A stretch of DNA of 64,000 bases from Candidatus Hodarchaeota archaeon (lineage in GTDB: Archaea; Asgardarchaeota; Heimdallarchaeia; Hodarchaeales; Hodarchaeaceae): contig JAHQWW010000002.1 in assembly GCA_029856365.1 (NCBI GenBank), positions 32,001 through 96,000 on the forward strand, in the 5' to 3' direction. Made by a program: the position numbers and the translations under genes. Under the pieces are notes generated by a model that was not told where the DNA came from, did no database searches, and saw only the letters and a program-made list of their open reading frames with translations. Positions within the stretch are counted from its first letter, which is position 1. The number at the start of each line of letters is the position of its first letter. Positions 30,725 through 41,120 of the stretch are shown here, in pieces.

Positions 30725-31378
30725 ATGGAATTCTTTGAAGTCATTAATAAGCGAAGAACGGTTCGAGAATTTGAAGATAAACCTGTAGATTTATTGAGTA
30801 TAAAGAAGATCATATCTTGTGGATTAAAAGCACCTACAAACGATCATTTGAGAAGATGGGAGTTCATCGTTATTGATGATATTGAAATGCGTAAGAAACT
30901 TATTGGAAAAGAAGGGGATAACATTATTAAGAGGGATGAAAAGGAATCCATAACCATTATTGACAATTGGGGATTAACTGATGAAAAACAACGTGAGATG
31001 TTCCTATATGCTATTCCAAGACAAGCTAAAATGATTCTAACAGCAGGAACAGTAATTATTCCTTGTTTTTATACATCAAAACCACTATTACAACCAATTA
31101 GTCTTTCATCATTAAATGCATTTGCGTCGATTTGGCTTTGTATAGAAAATATGCTGCTTGCTGCTGTGACGGAAGGCGTGTACGGGGTAACACGCATCCC
31201 AAAATCACCAGGATCAGTAAAAAAATTATTAAATATCCCTGATGAATATGAAATACCATGTATTCTTGCACTGGGGTATCCTAAAAAAGGAAGAAAAGTG
31301 TTAAAGCAATATAAAATTGATCCAGAGAATAAAATTAGATTTAATAAATGGGATAACACCATCAGAAACAGAAAATGA
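30725..31378 (+). CDS. Nitroreductase family protein
   Basis: VINKRRTVREF, KAPT...WEFIVI, IENMLLAA, LGYP. Confidence 0.9.
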   Translation: MEFFEVINKRRTVREFEDKPVDLLSIKKIISCGLKAPTNDHLRRWEFIVIDDIEMRKKLIGKEGDNIIKRDEKESITIIDNWGLTDEKQREMFLYAIPRQAKMILTAGTVIIPCFYTSKPLLQPISLSSLNAFASIWLCIENMLLAAVTEGVYGVTRIPKSPGSVKKLLNIPDEYEIPCILALGYPKKGRKVLKQYKIDPENKIRFNKWDNTIRNRK

Positions 31379-31431
31379 TCCTTAATCCAGATGGGCTTCT
31401 ACTAACTGGAATATATCCTTTTCATGAATAA

Positions 31432-32316
31432 ATGAATGTCAAACAACCTGTGAAAGAAATATTTAGTCGAATCCCCGTGAGGTACTTGCGAAGTTGCTCA
31501 TATAAATCGCTGGAAAACGTAGAAATGATGAGGATCCAAAACGCGATAAAATCTAAAATACAGCATTTAGTGAGATATCCAAACATTGGGAAAGCCTTTG
31601 CTAATTTCTTTGGATATTTAGAAGTACCCATTTTGGAATTCAGACGAGTAATTGACAAATATATTCGGCCAGGGTTTTATCATCGAACGAGTCAAATATA
31701 TGGACGTTTTTATGGTAGTAGGATTATCCCAATCAAGACATCATTAGAAGGAACTTATACTATTTCACCAACAGAAGAAATACTTGATATCATTCAAAGG
31801 ATCCCAATTTTAGCTATAGGTTATTGTTATTGCAGGACGACTTACCAAAATTGTAATAATCCAAAATGGACTTGTATTCACGTTGGAAAAGCCAAAAGAA
31901 TATCTGAAATTGGTAAAAGAACACCTATAAGATCAAGTACCTATGATGAAGTTGAGAAAATCCTTCGAAAAGCTGATGAAATAGGTTTAGTTCATCAGTT
32001 GATTACTGCTCCTACTAAAGACTATTTTTATGTTATTTGTAACTGTTGTCCTTGTTGTTGCACTTTATTACAGACTGCTAAACGAATACCTAATAGAAAT
32101 ATTGCAATAAAGAGCAATTTTATTGCAGTTCAAGATGAAAACAAATGTACAAACTGTAGAAAATGTGTCAGTCGGTGTTATTTCCACGCGAGAATTGAAA
32201 TTAATAATAAAATGACTTTTTATCAAGACAATTGTGTTGGATGTGGATTATGTGTAAGTGCTTGTACTTATGACGCGATAAAATTGAAAAGAAGAAGAAA
32301 GCTGAAGATTAGCTAA
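31432..32316 (+). CDS. 4Fe-4S binding protein (Cys-rich domain + C-terminal 2x[4Fe-4S] ferredoxin)
   Basis: CYCR, GLVH, ICNCCPCCC, CTNCRKCVSRC, CVGCGLCVSAC. Confidence 0.88.
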   Translation: MNVKQPVKEIFSRIPVRYLRSCSYKSLENVEMMRIQNAIKSKIQHLVRYPNIGKAFANFFGYLEVPILEFRRVIDKYIRPGFYHRTSQIYGRFYGSRIIPIKTSLEGTYTISPTEEILDIIQRIPILAIGYCYCRTTYQNCNNPKWTCIHVGKAKRISEIGKRTPIRSSTYDEVEKILRKADEIGLVHQLITAPTKDYFYVICNCCPCCCTLLQTAKRIPNRNIAIKSNFIAVQDENKCTNCRKCVSRCYFHARIEINNKMTFYQDNCVGCGLCVSACTYDAIKLKRRRKLKIS

Positions 32317-32515
32317 ATACTCATCAATATTTCCTTCCTAGAAACGCCTTATGTATCATTGGGGAGAGATTCTGCGACATAATTCATCTAGAGGATTGAA
32401 TAGATGCCTATTATTCGTGTGGATGGTGTAACACTGTGTTCTATGACTTTGGTCAAATTTCAACCGCCAAACTAAAAAGTATTGCAGGAAGAATAAACGT
32501 TATGTATTTACATCT

Positions 32516-34117
32516 TTGATAAAAAATTCGTTTTTTCAAAATTTCGCTCTGGAAAAGGTAATAACCTTGCCAAAAACTAGAAATCTTCTTAAAAGTTGCA
32601 TTTTGATTATCTTTATTGTTGGGATAATACCTATATTACAAGTTGATGGGAATAATTCCTTATCACTTAAATATTCTACCTATTTGGGTGGGAATGGAAC
32701 AGAAGGACATGGATTTCTTAATTTTGATAATTCGAGTAATTGTTTATTAATTTCAAACACTGACAGTACAAATTTTCCTATGAAAAATGCCATCCAAGAA
32801 ACAAATAACGGGGAACGTGATGCTATCTGTCTGAAACTTGATACAAAAGCTGAAGACATATTGTACTCTACTTATTATGGGGGTTCAGGAGATGACTTTG
32901 TCAGTGGAACCACTCTTGATTCACAAGGAAATATGATCATAGTAGGTGCGACATCCTCACTGGATTTTCCTTTGGAAAATGCCATAATAGACACCAGGAT
33001 TTCTCACGAGAGAGAGATTTTTGCTTTTAAGCTTTCTTCAGATGGACAAAATGTTATATTCTCAACCTATCTAGGTTCTGCAAGTGATTATTATTCTATA
33101 GATGTTACCACAGATTCAGATGATAATATTATTATTACAGGATCTACCAGTGCTTCTGACTTTTTAGTTAAGAATGCATATCAAGAAAATAAATCTGGTG
33201 GAGTAGATGCTTTCATCACTAAAATTACTCAAGATGGACAGAACGTTATATTCTCAACGTATTTTGGAGGGACTAATGATGACCAAATAAAGAGAGTCAA
33301 TACTGATAAGGATGATAACATTATTGCTATAGGAGTTACATCCTCTAAAGAGCAATTTCCTCTAAAAAGTTCCCTGCGACCGAACAAGAGTACATCTAGT
33401 TGGGATGTTTTTTTAGTCAAATTTTCATCAGATGGCCAAGAACTGATTTTCTCGACATTTTATGGAGGAACGCGTCCATGGGGACCTGCTGCGATCATCT
33501 GCGATTCAAATAACAACATTATAGCTGCTGGAGAAACGGATTCACAGGAATTCCCCATAGTAAATGCTTTTCAAAGAGATTATGGAGGAGGAGACCTAGA
33601 TTCTTTCTTATCAAAAATCAGTCCTAATGGTCAGGAAATAGGCTTCTCAACATTTATTGGTGGAACTGGTAGTGAAGGCCCAATTGGAATTACTATTGAC
33701 TCGAAGGATAATATCTTCCTGACTGGAAGTACTAATTCAAATGATTTTACATTAAAAAACGCTTTTCAAACTAATAATAATGGTGGGTGGGATGGTTATG
33801 TATTGGAATTTAGTAATGATGGACAGGATTTACTATTCTCTACCTACTTTGGAGGGAGAAGTTCAGATTATTCTACATCAATTGCACTAATCCCAGAAAC
33901 CAATAATTCATTTTTATTAACTGGCCATGGTGATTCTATAGATCTTCCGCTTGTGAATCCCTACCAAGAGTGGTATGGTGGAGGTGAATTCGATCTTTTC
34001 CTCTCCAGGTTTGATTATGTTGATGATACTAATCAAAAATCAACCCCTGGTTTCGAGCTGTCATTTATTTTAGGATTGGTTGTTGTCTATTTATTGAAGA
34101 AAAGGAGACTAGAGTGA
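32516..34117 (+). CDS. SBBP beta-propeller repeat surface protein with PGF-type C-terminal sorting signal
   Basis: About seven STY[LF]GG...D..[GD]N..I.G.T.S.DFP repeats; ends STPGFELSFILGLVVVYLLKKRRLE. Confidence 0.88.
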   Translation: MIKNSFFQNFALEKVITLPKTRNLLKSCILIIFIVGIIPILQVDGNNSLSLKYSTYLGGNGTEGHGFLNFDNSSNCLLISNTDSTNFPMKNAIQETNNGERDAICLKLDTKAEDILYSTYYGGSGDDFVSGTTLDSQGNMIIVGATSSLDFPLENAIIDTRISHEREIFAFKLSSDGQNVIFSTYLGSASDYYSIDVTTDSDDNIIITGSTSASDFLVKNAYQENKSGGVDAFITKITQDGQNVIFSTYFGGTNDDQIKRVNTDKDDNIIAIGVTSSKEQFPLKSSLRPNKSTSSWDVFLVKFSSDGQELIFSTFYGGTRPWGPAAIICDSNNNIIAAGETDSQEFPIVNAFQRDYGGGDLDSFLSKISPNGQEIGFSTFIGGTGSEGPIGITIDSKDNIFLTGSTNSNDFTLKNAFQTNNNGGWDGYVLEFSNDGQDLLFSTYFGGRSSDYSTSIALIPETNNSFLLTGHGDSIDLPLVNPYQEWYGGGEFDLFLSRFDYVDDTNQKSTPGFELSFILGLVVVYLLKKRRLE

Positions 34118-34235
34118 CTTGTACATCCTTTTCTCGTCACTTTCTCGCGGCTTATTATCACCAAAGGTTGGATTAAGAGTAATAGAGATGTCACTTAACT
34201 TGAAACTAATTTATTAGGTAAGATTCTAATTGAAT

Positions 34236-35054
34236 TTAAGTACGATTATGATGAGATGATTGGGTAGACAGATGCTTGAGAGCCCAAGCAATGAGTACAA
34301 TCGCAATTAAAATTCCTCCCACGGAAAAAATGATATCGAGTGCTTCAGAGAACGTTAGTGCTGCCCCAAGCATAAGGATACCGAGTACAATCACTACGTA
34401 AAATAATGGATCACGAGACGACTGACGGGAAAAGTAATAGGTTAGAGTTAACGCAATCAAGATGAAGCCAGCAGGAAAAATATAGTCAGTAGTTCCAGGG
34501 ATCATCAACGATATTCCCAATGTAATGATTCCAAAGCCAATTGCAACAAAAAAGGAAGGATCACGAGAGGATTGACGGGAAAAGTAATAGGTTACAGTCA
34601 ACCCAACCACCATAAACCCAGCTGGAAGAATAATGTCGAACGATTCTTCAATCATCATTGAAATACCAATAGTTAAAACAGTAAATATAATCGCCATAAA
34701 AAAGGAAAAATCACGAGAGGATTGACGAGAAGCAAGAAGTGTGCTAGCAATACCAAAAACCATTAATGCAGAAGGAAGGATAATATAAACAGCTCCAGGA
34801 ATAAGAGTTATTATCGAAAACGTAATGATACAGATTCCAACAGCAAAAGCTACATAATACCCCAGTTGGGTCTGTTGTTGTTGAGATAACTTACGAAACG
34901 GCAGAGACTCGCGTGCAAGCTGATGACGGGCTTGTTTTTTCAACGTTTCAGTCTCACTGATAATTGACTGCTTAATATGCAAACTATTACCGCAGGTAGA
35001 ACAGAAGATAGATCCATCATCATTTTCAGAGCCACATTTCTCGCAGAAAACCAT
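34236..35054 (-). CDS. Zinc-ribbon membrane protein with internal 50-aa TM-hairpin repeats
   Basis: FCEKCG...FCSTCG; three SRQSSRD motifs 50 aa apart. Confidence 0.8.
   Translation of the reverse strand: MVFCEKCGSENDDGSIFCSTCGNSLHIKQSIISETETLKKQARHQLARESLPFRKLSQQQQTQLGYYVAFAVGICIITFSIITLIPGAVYIILPSALMVFGIASTLLASRQSSRDFSFFMAIIFTVLTIGISMMIEESFDIILPAGFMVVGLTVTYYFSRQSSRDPSFFVAIGFGIITLGISLMIPGTTDYIFPAGFILIALTLTYYFSRQSSRDPLFYVVIVLGILMLGAALTFSEALDIIFSVGGILIAIVLIAWALKHLSTQSSHHNRT
34290..34860 (-). repeat. 150-bp-period intragenic tandem repeat (about 3.5-4 units; boundaries approximate)
   Basis: tcacgaga.g a.tgacg motif at 34411, 34561 and 34711, exactly 150 bp apart. Confidence 0.8.
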
Positions 35055-35394
35055 TTTGATTCACCACATTATACAAGATTCTTCAGTTCTTTAATAATTA
35101 GTGTTCTATTATTCAATAAATCCTCTTTTGACCCAAGTATTACCTAAAATCCTCCTTTTTAACATCACATTTTGCGGCTAATGAAAAATAAAATATGGCC
35201 TCGATTGCTATTCTAATGCCTTCTTTCCCTTTATAAAATAGAATCAATCAATGTTAATCAGTTATCAAGAAACTAGATTAAAATAGCTAATGATTTTATT
35301 CCTACACACTAATATAACCAAAAACTTTTGTCAAAGCTCTTAAAGAGATTTATTACATATTATAAATTAAAAGTTATGTAGATGGTGATGTATA

Positions 35395-36114
35395 ATGAGT
35401 TCAGATGTTGAAAAGTGGAGACATTTTACCGATACACTCGTTTCTGTTCTTAAATTACAAGGACAACCTATTTCTATCACCTACTCAGATGAAGAAATCC
35501 AATCTACGATAGATAAAGCCACTGAAATTTGTCAGGCTTTGAAACTTGCGAATTCTGGAGAGATTTTGTGTCTGAGTGAAATAAATATTACTTGTCAAGG
35601 TGGAAGATGGCATACGGGATTTGGAGGAAAAAGGGAGGGTTTAGAGAGAATCCTTGTTGAGGGGGAGAAGTTATGGGCTACTGTTGCTGTTGCAAGACAG
35701 AGTATAGGGGAAACTCATAGAATTGCTCCACCACCATTAGGTCTCGCAAAATTCCTTATTTTTAGTCCTTTAAATAAGACAGAACTAAGACCAGATCTTA
35801 TCGTGATCTTTGCTAATCCATGGCAGGCGAGTAGATTGATATTTCTTGCTGATTATCATGGATTTCCTATAAAACCTCGTGTTACTGGTTCTCTGTGTTG
35901 GGGGGCAATCACCTATCCTTTAGTAACTGGTAATTTTAACATTACAATGGGTGATCCAACAGCTCGCCGTGTTCACAAATATAATCCAAATGAATTAATT
36001 GTTAGCATTCCTTATCGGATGATTCCCTCTATGATGGAAGCAATAGAATATAGTACTGCTGGTAAAGGAAAACCTGCCCCATGGTTTGAGCAACGAACCC
36101 ACAGGAAAGAATAA
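35395..36114 (+). CDS. DUF169 family protein
   Basis: ICQAL, TCQGG, FSPL...PDLIVIFANPWQ, SLCW, MGDPTARR, ELIVSIP. Confidence 0.85.
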   Translation: MSSDVEKWRHFTDTLVSVLKLQGQPISITYSDEEIQSTIDKATEICQALKLANSGEILCLSEINITCQGGRWHTGFGGKREGLERILVEGEKLWATVAVARQSIGETHRIAPPPLGLAKFLIFSPLNKTELRPDLIVIFANPWQASRLIFLADYHGFPIKPRVTGSLCWGAITYPLVTGNFNITMGDPTARRVHKYNPNELIVSIPYRMIPSMMEAIEYSTAGKGKPAPWFEQRTHRKE

Positions 36115-36511
36115 ATCCTAAATCCTGTAATTTTTTCCTTTATTCTAGAAAGGTTGATGTGATAGAAGTAGTTTTCAAAACTAATATAAAAACAGATAAA
36201 AATATGATGTGATTTTTTGTCAGAAAAATCCTAGATTCGGATGAATTTTTGACTCCAGAGGGAGCTAAACATTAATTATGCAATCAAACATCTAATGAAC
36301 TTATCTTCAGAAGTAAGAGGACTCTATTGAACTAAAAGACATCTAAATCTTTTCCAGAAACCACTTCCCTTGAATAACATTTACGTAATTCATTCAGAAG
36401 ATCTATCTCTTTCCTCCCCATGAAGAGTTGATGATATAGAATTAATTAATTAATTCGATTCGTTTCTTGCACAAATCATAATTCATTTATTCAGATTTAC
36501 CTTTTTTTGAC

Positions 36512-36928
36512 GTGATATTAATGAATCCTGATTTTAAAGTATTGAAATCGGAAATTTTAGCCCTACATAGAAGAGGAATTGATACTCACTTGAATAAGAA
36601 TGTAGATTTTTTCATTCGAGATATATCAGAGAACTATCTGTCTGTTTCAAATGGAGAGATACACAAGCCAACATTAGAAGAAATAAAAACTCAATTCACC
36701 AATTATCTCAATAATACCATTTTTACAGAGTATAAAGATCTTTGTGAGCCAATAATAGGCTTTTCGAATGATGGTTCAATAGCGTGGTATATTGTACAAG
36801 TAAAAGGTGAACATTCAATAGATGATGGCTCTGAAAGAGAATTAGATTTCATCTGTGCATGGATCACGTTATTTAAGCAGCTAGATGATAAATGGATACG
36901 ATTAGGGGATGTATCAACTTTCAAATAG
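36512..36928 (+). CDS. NTF2/SnoaL-like fold protein
   Basis: Size and pattern (SNDGSIAWYIVQV...WITLFKQLDDKW). Confidence 0.65.
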   Translation: MILMNPDFKVLKSEILALHRRGIDTHLNKNVDFFIRDISENYLSVSNGEIHKPTLEEIKTQFTNYLNNTIFTEYKDLCEPIIGFSNDGSIAWYIVQVKGEHSIDDGSERELDFICAWITLFKQLDDKWIRLGDVSTFK

Positions 36929-36969
36929 ATTCAATCGTAATATTACTTAAAATTAAGAGATAATATATT

Positions 36970-38937
36970 ATGAAACATGAAAAACTTATCATACTATTTT
37001 TTACTCTCCTTCTATCCTTTTTTACTCAAACACTCTATCCTGTAACTGAAACTGCTTTGATCACCAACAGTGAATGGATATGTACTGATAATAGCTGGAT
37101 ATCGACAAAATTCCTAGAACATAACAATATTAAATTTGATATACTTCAAGAAGAGGAAATTTTCTCAAACTTGTCTTTGTCAGTCAAGTTAGATGAAACA
37201 CTTTCCGTGGTAGAAGGTAATTTAACTGTGGATTATTATAACAATGATCCTATCACATTTGATCATATTCCTTTCCATCTATATCCGTCTGGTATGCTGT
37301 ATGAAGACCGTCAAGGCAATATTGACATATTAAAGGTTGTTACTACAGGTTCAGCTACAAATCTTTTCTATAAAGTTCTCTCTGATCAACAATTAATGTG
37401 GGTGAATCTCACCTCCCCATTAGAACCTGATCAGAGTGTATCTTTCCGTATAACCTTCAGGACAACACTTCCTGACGGTCAAGACCGAGCCAATTCTCAA
37501 GGTTTTGATAGCAACCAATCAAGGGTTTATTCTTGTACTGCGTTTTACCCCATTCCTTGTGTTTATGATGAATATGATGGCTGGAACATTGATGGGTATC
37601 TTAAGATTGGTGACCCTTTTCATTTTGATATGGCATATTATGATCTTGTTATTGAAATCCCAAATGGAATGATTGTTGCAGCAACAGGTGAATTATTGAA
37701 TAGTTCGAGTGATGGAACAACAACGAAATATCATTACAATCCTCATTATCCAGTTCGAGAAATGGTATTTTCCGCATCACGATACTTTCAAGTAGAATCC
37801 AAGGTTGTTAATGGTGTAAATATTTCGTGTTACTATCTACCACATAGTAATTGGTTATGGGAAAAGGATACGCTTGATGCAGCGGTTAACTCCTTCATTC
37901 TTTTTAATTCTTCTTTTGGCTCGTATCCTTATAGTACCTTCAACGTTGTAGAAGCATATGGCTTTTATGGCGGTATGGAATACCCCTGTCAAGTGCAAAT
38001 TTCTGAATCCATTGTTGATCAACATCCAGAGGATTATGAATTTTATCAAGAGCTGATTGTTACTCACGAAACCGCGCATCAGTGGTGGTGCCAGCTCGTT
38101 GGGAATGATCAGATAGATTGGGGGCACCTAGATGAAGGATTAACTTGTTGGTCTACTGACTTTTATTTTGACTTTTATTATCCTGATTGGCATTATTTTG
38201 ACAATTACTGGCCACTGGATATCGTAAGGACCTATTATGATACTTTTAGCCAACCAAGTAAGATTAATCAATCGATATACGATTTTCTTGGCACTAATAT
38301 GAGTTACCGTTATACTGCTTACACAAAAGCACCATTAATCATACAGAAACTTCGCTTAACTATAGGTTCCAAGGATTTTATGACAGGATTAAGACACTTC
38401 TTTGAAGAATACAGGTTTAAAATTGCCACGTTTCCAGATCTTCAGAAATCTTTTGAAAAAGTGATTGGTAAATCCCTGAACTGGTTTTTCTGCCCATGGT
38501 TCGACAATCCATATCTTCCCAAGTATAGTATTACGAATGTAGATTACAACCATGAACAAGGCTCTATAACAGTCATTGTTGAGGATATCAACGAAGAAAA
38601 GAACGCTTATCCATTCGCTCAGCAATTACACCTGCAGGTGAAGGATACCCGACAATTAGAAGTCTTATATCGTGAACGAGTTTGGATAAATGGTACAACA
38701 ACTTTAGATTTTGAGTTGACTAAGAACAGCGATGCTGGGGTAGTTCTTTTAGTATATGAATCAGATGTTCTTGTTCAGTTATCATCAATTGAAGATACAG
38801 TGCTGGTTTACAGTATCTATTCCTCAAATAAAGCTAACTTAGTAAGATTAGTTGAACTTACAGTACTTCTTCTTGCTGTTTGCGCTATATTGGTTTTTAC
38901 TGTGTGGATTATGAGAAAAAGAAGAAATCTAAGGTAA
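36970..38937 (+). CDS. Secreted, membrane-anchored M1-family zinc aminopeptidase
   Basis: GGMEYP, HETAHQWW...DEG (HExxH-x18-E), YTKA; signal peptide and C-terminal TM + RKRR. Confidence 0.9.
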   Translation: MKHEKLIILFFTLLLSFFTQTLYPVTETALITNSEWICTDNSWISTKFLEHNNIKFDILQEEEIFSNLSLSVKLDETLSVVEGNLTVDYYNNDPITFDHIPFHLYPSGMLYEDRQGNIDILKVVTTGSATNLFYKVLSDQQLMWVNLTSPLEPDQSVSFRITFRTTLPDGQDRANSQGFDSNQSRVYSCTAFYPIPCVYDEYDGWNIDGYLKIGDPFHFDMAYYDLVIEIPNGMIVAATGELLNSSSDGTTTKYHYNPHYPVREMVFSASRYFQVESKVVNGVNISCYYLPHSNWLWEKDTLDAAVNSFILFNSSFGSYPYSTFNVVEAYGFYGGMEYPCQVQISESIVDQHPEDYEFYQELIVTHETAHQWWCQLVGNDQIDWGHLDEGLTCWSTDFYFDFYYPDWHYFDNYWPLDIVRTYYDTFSQPSKINQSIYDFLGTNMSYRYTAYTKAPLIIQKLRLTIGSKDFMTGLRHFFEEYRFKIATFPDLQKSFEKVIGKSLNWFFCPWFDNPYLPKYSITNVDYNHEQGSITVIVEDINEEKNAYPFAQQLHLQVKDTRQLEVLYRERVWINGTTTLDFELTKNSDAGVVLLVYESDVLVQLSSIEDTVLVYSIYSSNKANLVRLVELTVLLLAVCAILVFTVWIMRKRRNLR

Positions 38938-39069
38938 AAAATCACGATTTTATCAATAATAACTGATTTGGGAGTTATAATATCTTGATACAAAAAAGTT
39001 ATTAGTCCTATATAAAACCTTCCTATATAGAACAATCCATCATTTTCAGAAACAGGATGGTTATTTGAC

Positions 39070-39531
39070 ATGAATGAAACAGAAATGAAAGAATTTTGCA
39101 ATAAATTAATGGAAGAAGAAAAAGCTACAAGTTTTACAACAATAGATGAAAATGGATATCCTCACACGAGGGGAATTTTCAATCTAAGGAATATTAAACA
39201 GTTTCCAACATTATCTAAGGTCTTTGAAAGGCATCAAGAAGACCTCACAGTTTATATATCGACAAATACTTCATCAAACAAAGTACAACATGTTAAAAAA
39301 AACCCAAAAGTATCTGTATGTGTTTTAGATCCAGAAAATATACGGGGAATAACGCTTGGGGGAGAAATTAAAATTGTTACAGATGAGAAAATTAAAAAAG
39401 AACTCTGGCTTGACTGGTGGGTTCAATATTATCCGAAAGGAGAAACTGATGAAGATTACACGATATTAATGTTAAAACCCAAATTTGTTGAAATATGGTA
39501 TAGAGGTAAGTATAAATTCCAACTTGAGTGA
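39070..39531 (+). CDS. Pyridoxamine 5'-phosphate oxidase-like (general stress protein 26-type) FMN-binding protein
   Basis: TIDENGYPHTR, STNTSSNKV..VKKNPKVSV, ELW...YYPKGETDEDY. Confidence 0.85.
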   Translation: MNETEMKEFCNKLMEEEKATSFTTIDENGYPHTRGIFNLRNIKQFPTLSKVFERHQEDLTVYISTNTSSNKVQHVKKNPKVSVCVLDPENIRGITLGGEIKIVTDEKIKKELWLDWWVQYYPKGETDEDYTILMLKPKFVEIWYRGKYKFQLE

Positions 39532-39989
39532 CATATATGGATTCTATGAAAGAACAGCGAGCAGCAGGATACTTAATTGCTAAAATACATCAAATAAGTG
39601 GTCGAATATTTGCAAAAAAACTTAAGAAATATAATATCACCGATATTAACCCCGCACAAGGGAGAATTGTATTCGCATTATGGAAAAAAGATGGGGTGTC
39701 AATAGTAGAATTGGGAAAGGAAACTGGACTCAGTAAATCTACTTTAACATCAATGCTAGATAGATTAGAAGAATCTGATCACTTAAAACGAGTACCTTCT
39801 GAAGAAGATCGAAGAAAAATACTCATTTTTCTGACAGAGAAAAATGAAAAATTCCAAAGCAAGTACGTAACAGTTTCGAGAGAAATGACAGAGTTATTTT
39901 ATTTGGGGTTTAGTGAAGAAGAAAGAAATCAGTTCGAGCTTTATCTCCAACGTCTTCTCAATAATCTCCTACAAGTTGAAAGAGTCTAG
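39528..39989 (+). CDS. MarR family transcriptional regulator
   Basis: INPAQGRIVFALW, LSKSTLTSMLDRLE, DRRKILIFLT; GTGA overlap with the upstream gene. Confidence 0.9.
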   Translation: MTYMDSMKEQRAAGYLIAKIHQISGRIFAKKLKKYNITDINPAQGRIVFALWKKDGVSIVELGKETGLSKSTLTSMLDRLEESDHLKRVPSEEDRRKILIFLTEKNEKFQSKYVTVSREMTELFYLGFSEEERNQFELYLQRLLNNLLQVERV

Positions 39990-40193
39990 GTTAACATATT
40001 AAGTTCTTGAATATTATAGGGAATTTTAGCTATTATTGGTTCGATAGTTATTACTTTAAATCTCTTGAAAGGTTAAGGAATCCCACCAATAAAAAGACAT
40101 ATATAAACTGAATCAGAATATTCAGAGTATTAAAAGAAAGATCCAGTACTAATCCCATGGATTCACAAGAAAATACAATAAAAAGGTGAAATC

Positions 40194-40613
40194 ATGCCAG
40201 AAATTCAATATTCTGCAGGAGTATGCAATATCGGTGAAGCTGAAATAAAACAAAGACGTCGAATAGGTTATATAGGCTTTGGTCTTACCTTGATAGCAAC
40301 TATTGTATACTTAGGACTGATTTATTACATAAAATTAGATCCGCTCTTTGGAGTGATTATTTTCATACCTGCTGAAATATCATCTATTGGATTAATTCAA
40401 GCTAAGAATAAATTCTGTGCTGCTTACGGCCTGGCTCACCAACAGAACATTTCCTCAAACTTAGGACTAACCATAAAAATAGAGGATAGAGTTTCCCAGA
40501 GAGAAGACAGGAATAAAGCAATTAAAATTATTTTTCAATCCCTAGGAATTTCAATTATTATTACTATTTTCACAATTATTATAGGAATAATAATAGGACA
40601 GATTAATTTTTAA
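40194..40613 (+). CDS. Conserved hypothetical membrane protein
   Basis: YSAGVCNIGEAEI..RR, QAKNKFCAAYG; 3 TM; SD GGTGA. Confidence 0.7.
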   Translation: MPEIQYSAGVCNIGEAEIKQRRRIGYIGFGLTLIATIVYLGLIYYIKLDPLFGVIIFIPAEISSIGLIQAKNKFCAAYGLAHQQNISSNLGLTIKIEDRVSQREDRNKAIKIIFQSLGISIIITIFTIIIGIIIGQINF

Positions 40614-41120
40614 TTTGATTAAATGGAATCCACAGAATTTAGAGACACTACAATCATTAATCATGTTTCTTATACTTCTCTGCCATTTTTGTAATGTGGT
40701 CAGCTCACCAATCATAGAAATGAAAACCTTCACCACCAGTAATCGTATCAGTAGAAATAATGTCAGGAAAGCTTTGTTTAAGCTCTTCTTCGACATTTCT
40801 GATTGTCTTAATGTTAGGAGTAAAGAAGCTTAAGATAACAACAGGCTTTTCAACAACTATCCAACCAACCCACAAATTCTCAGTAAACACTCTTGGTGCA
40901 GAACAAACATTCAAGAACAAAATCTAAAAAATTAAAAATTGTACTATAATATAAAACATACTGTTCTTAAATTTAGAACACTTGTTTCGTGTAAAAAGTC
41001 ATTAAATTTTTTGCCTCGATCTATAGGAATATAAAAGTCTATAATTTTCGTACTAGCTAAATTTAGTGTTTTTATATTTAATTTGTGTAAAGTACAATCC
41101 AATGGAAAAAGTGAAAATTA

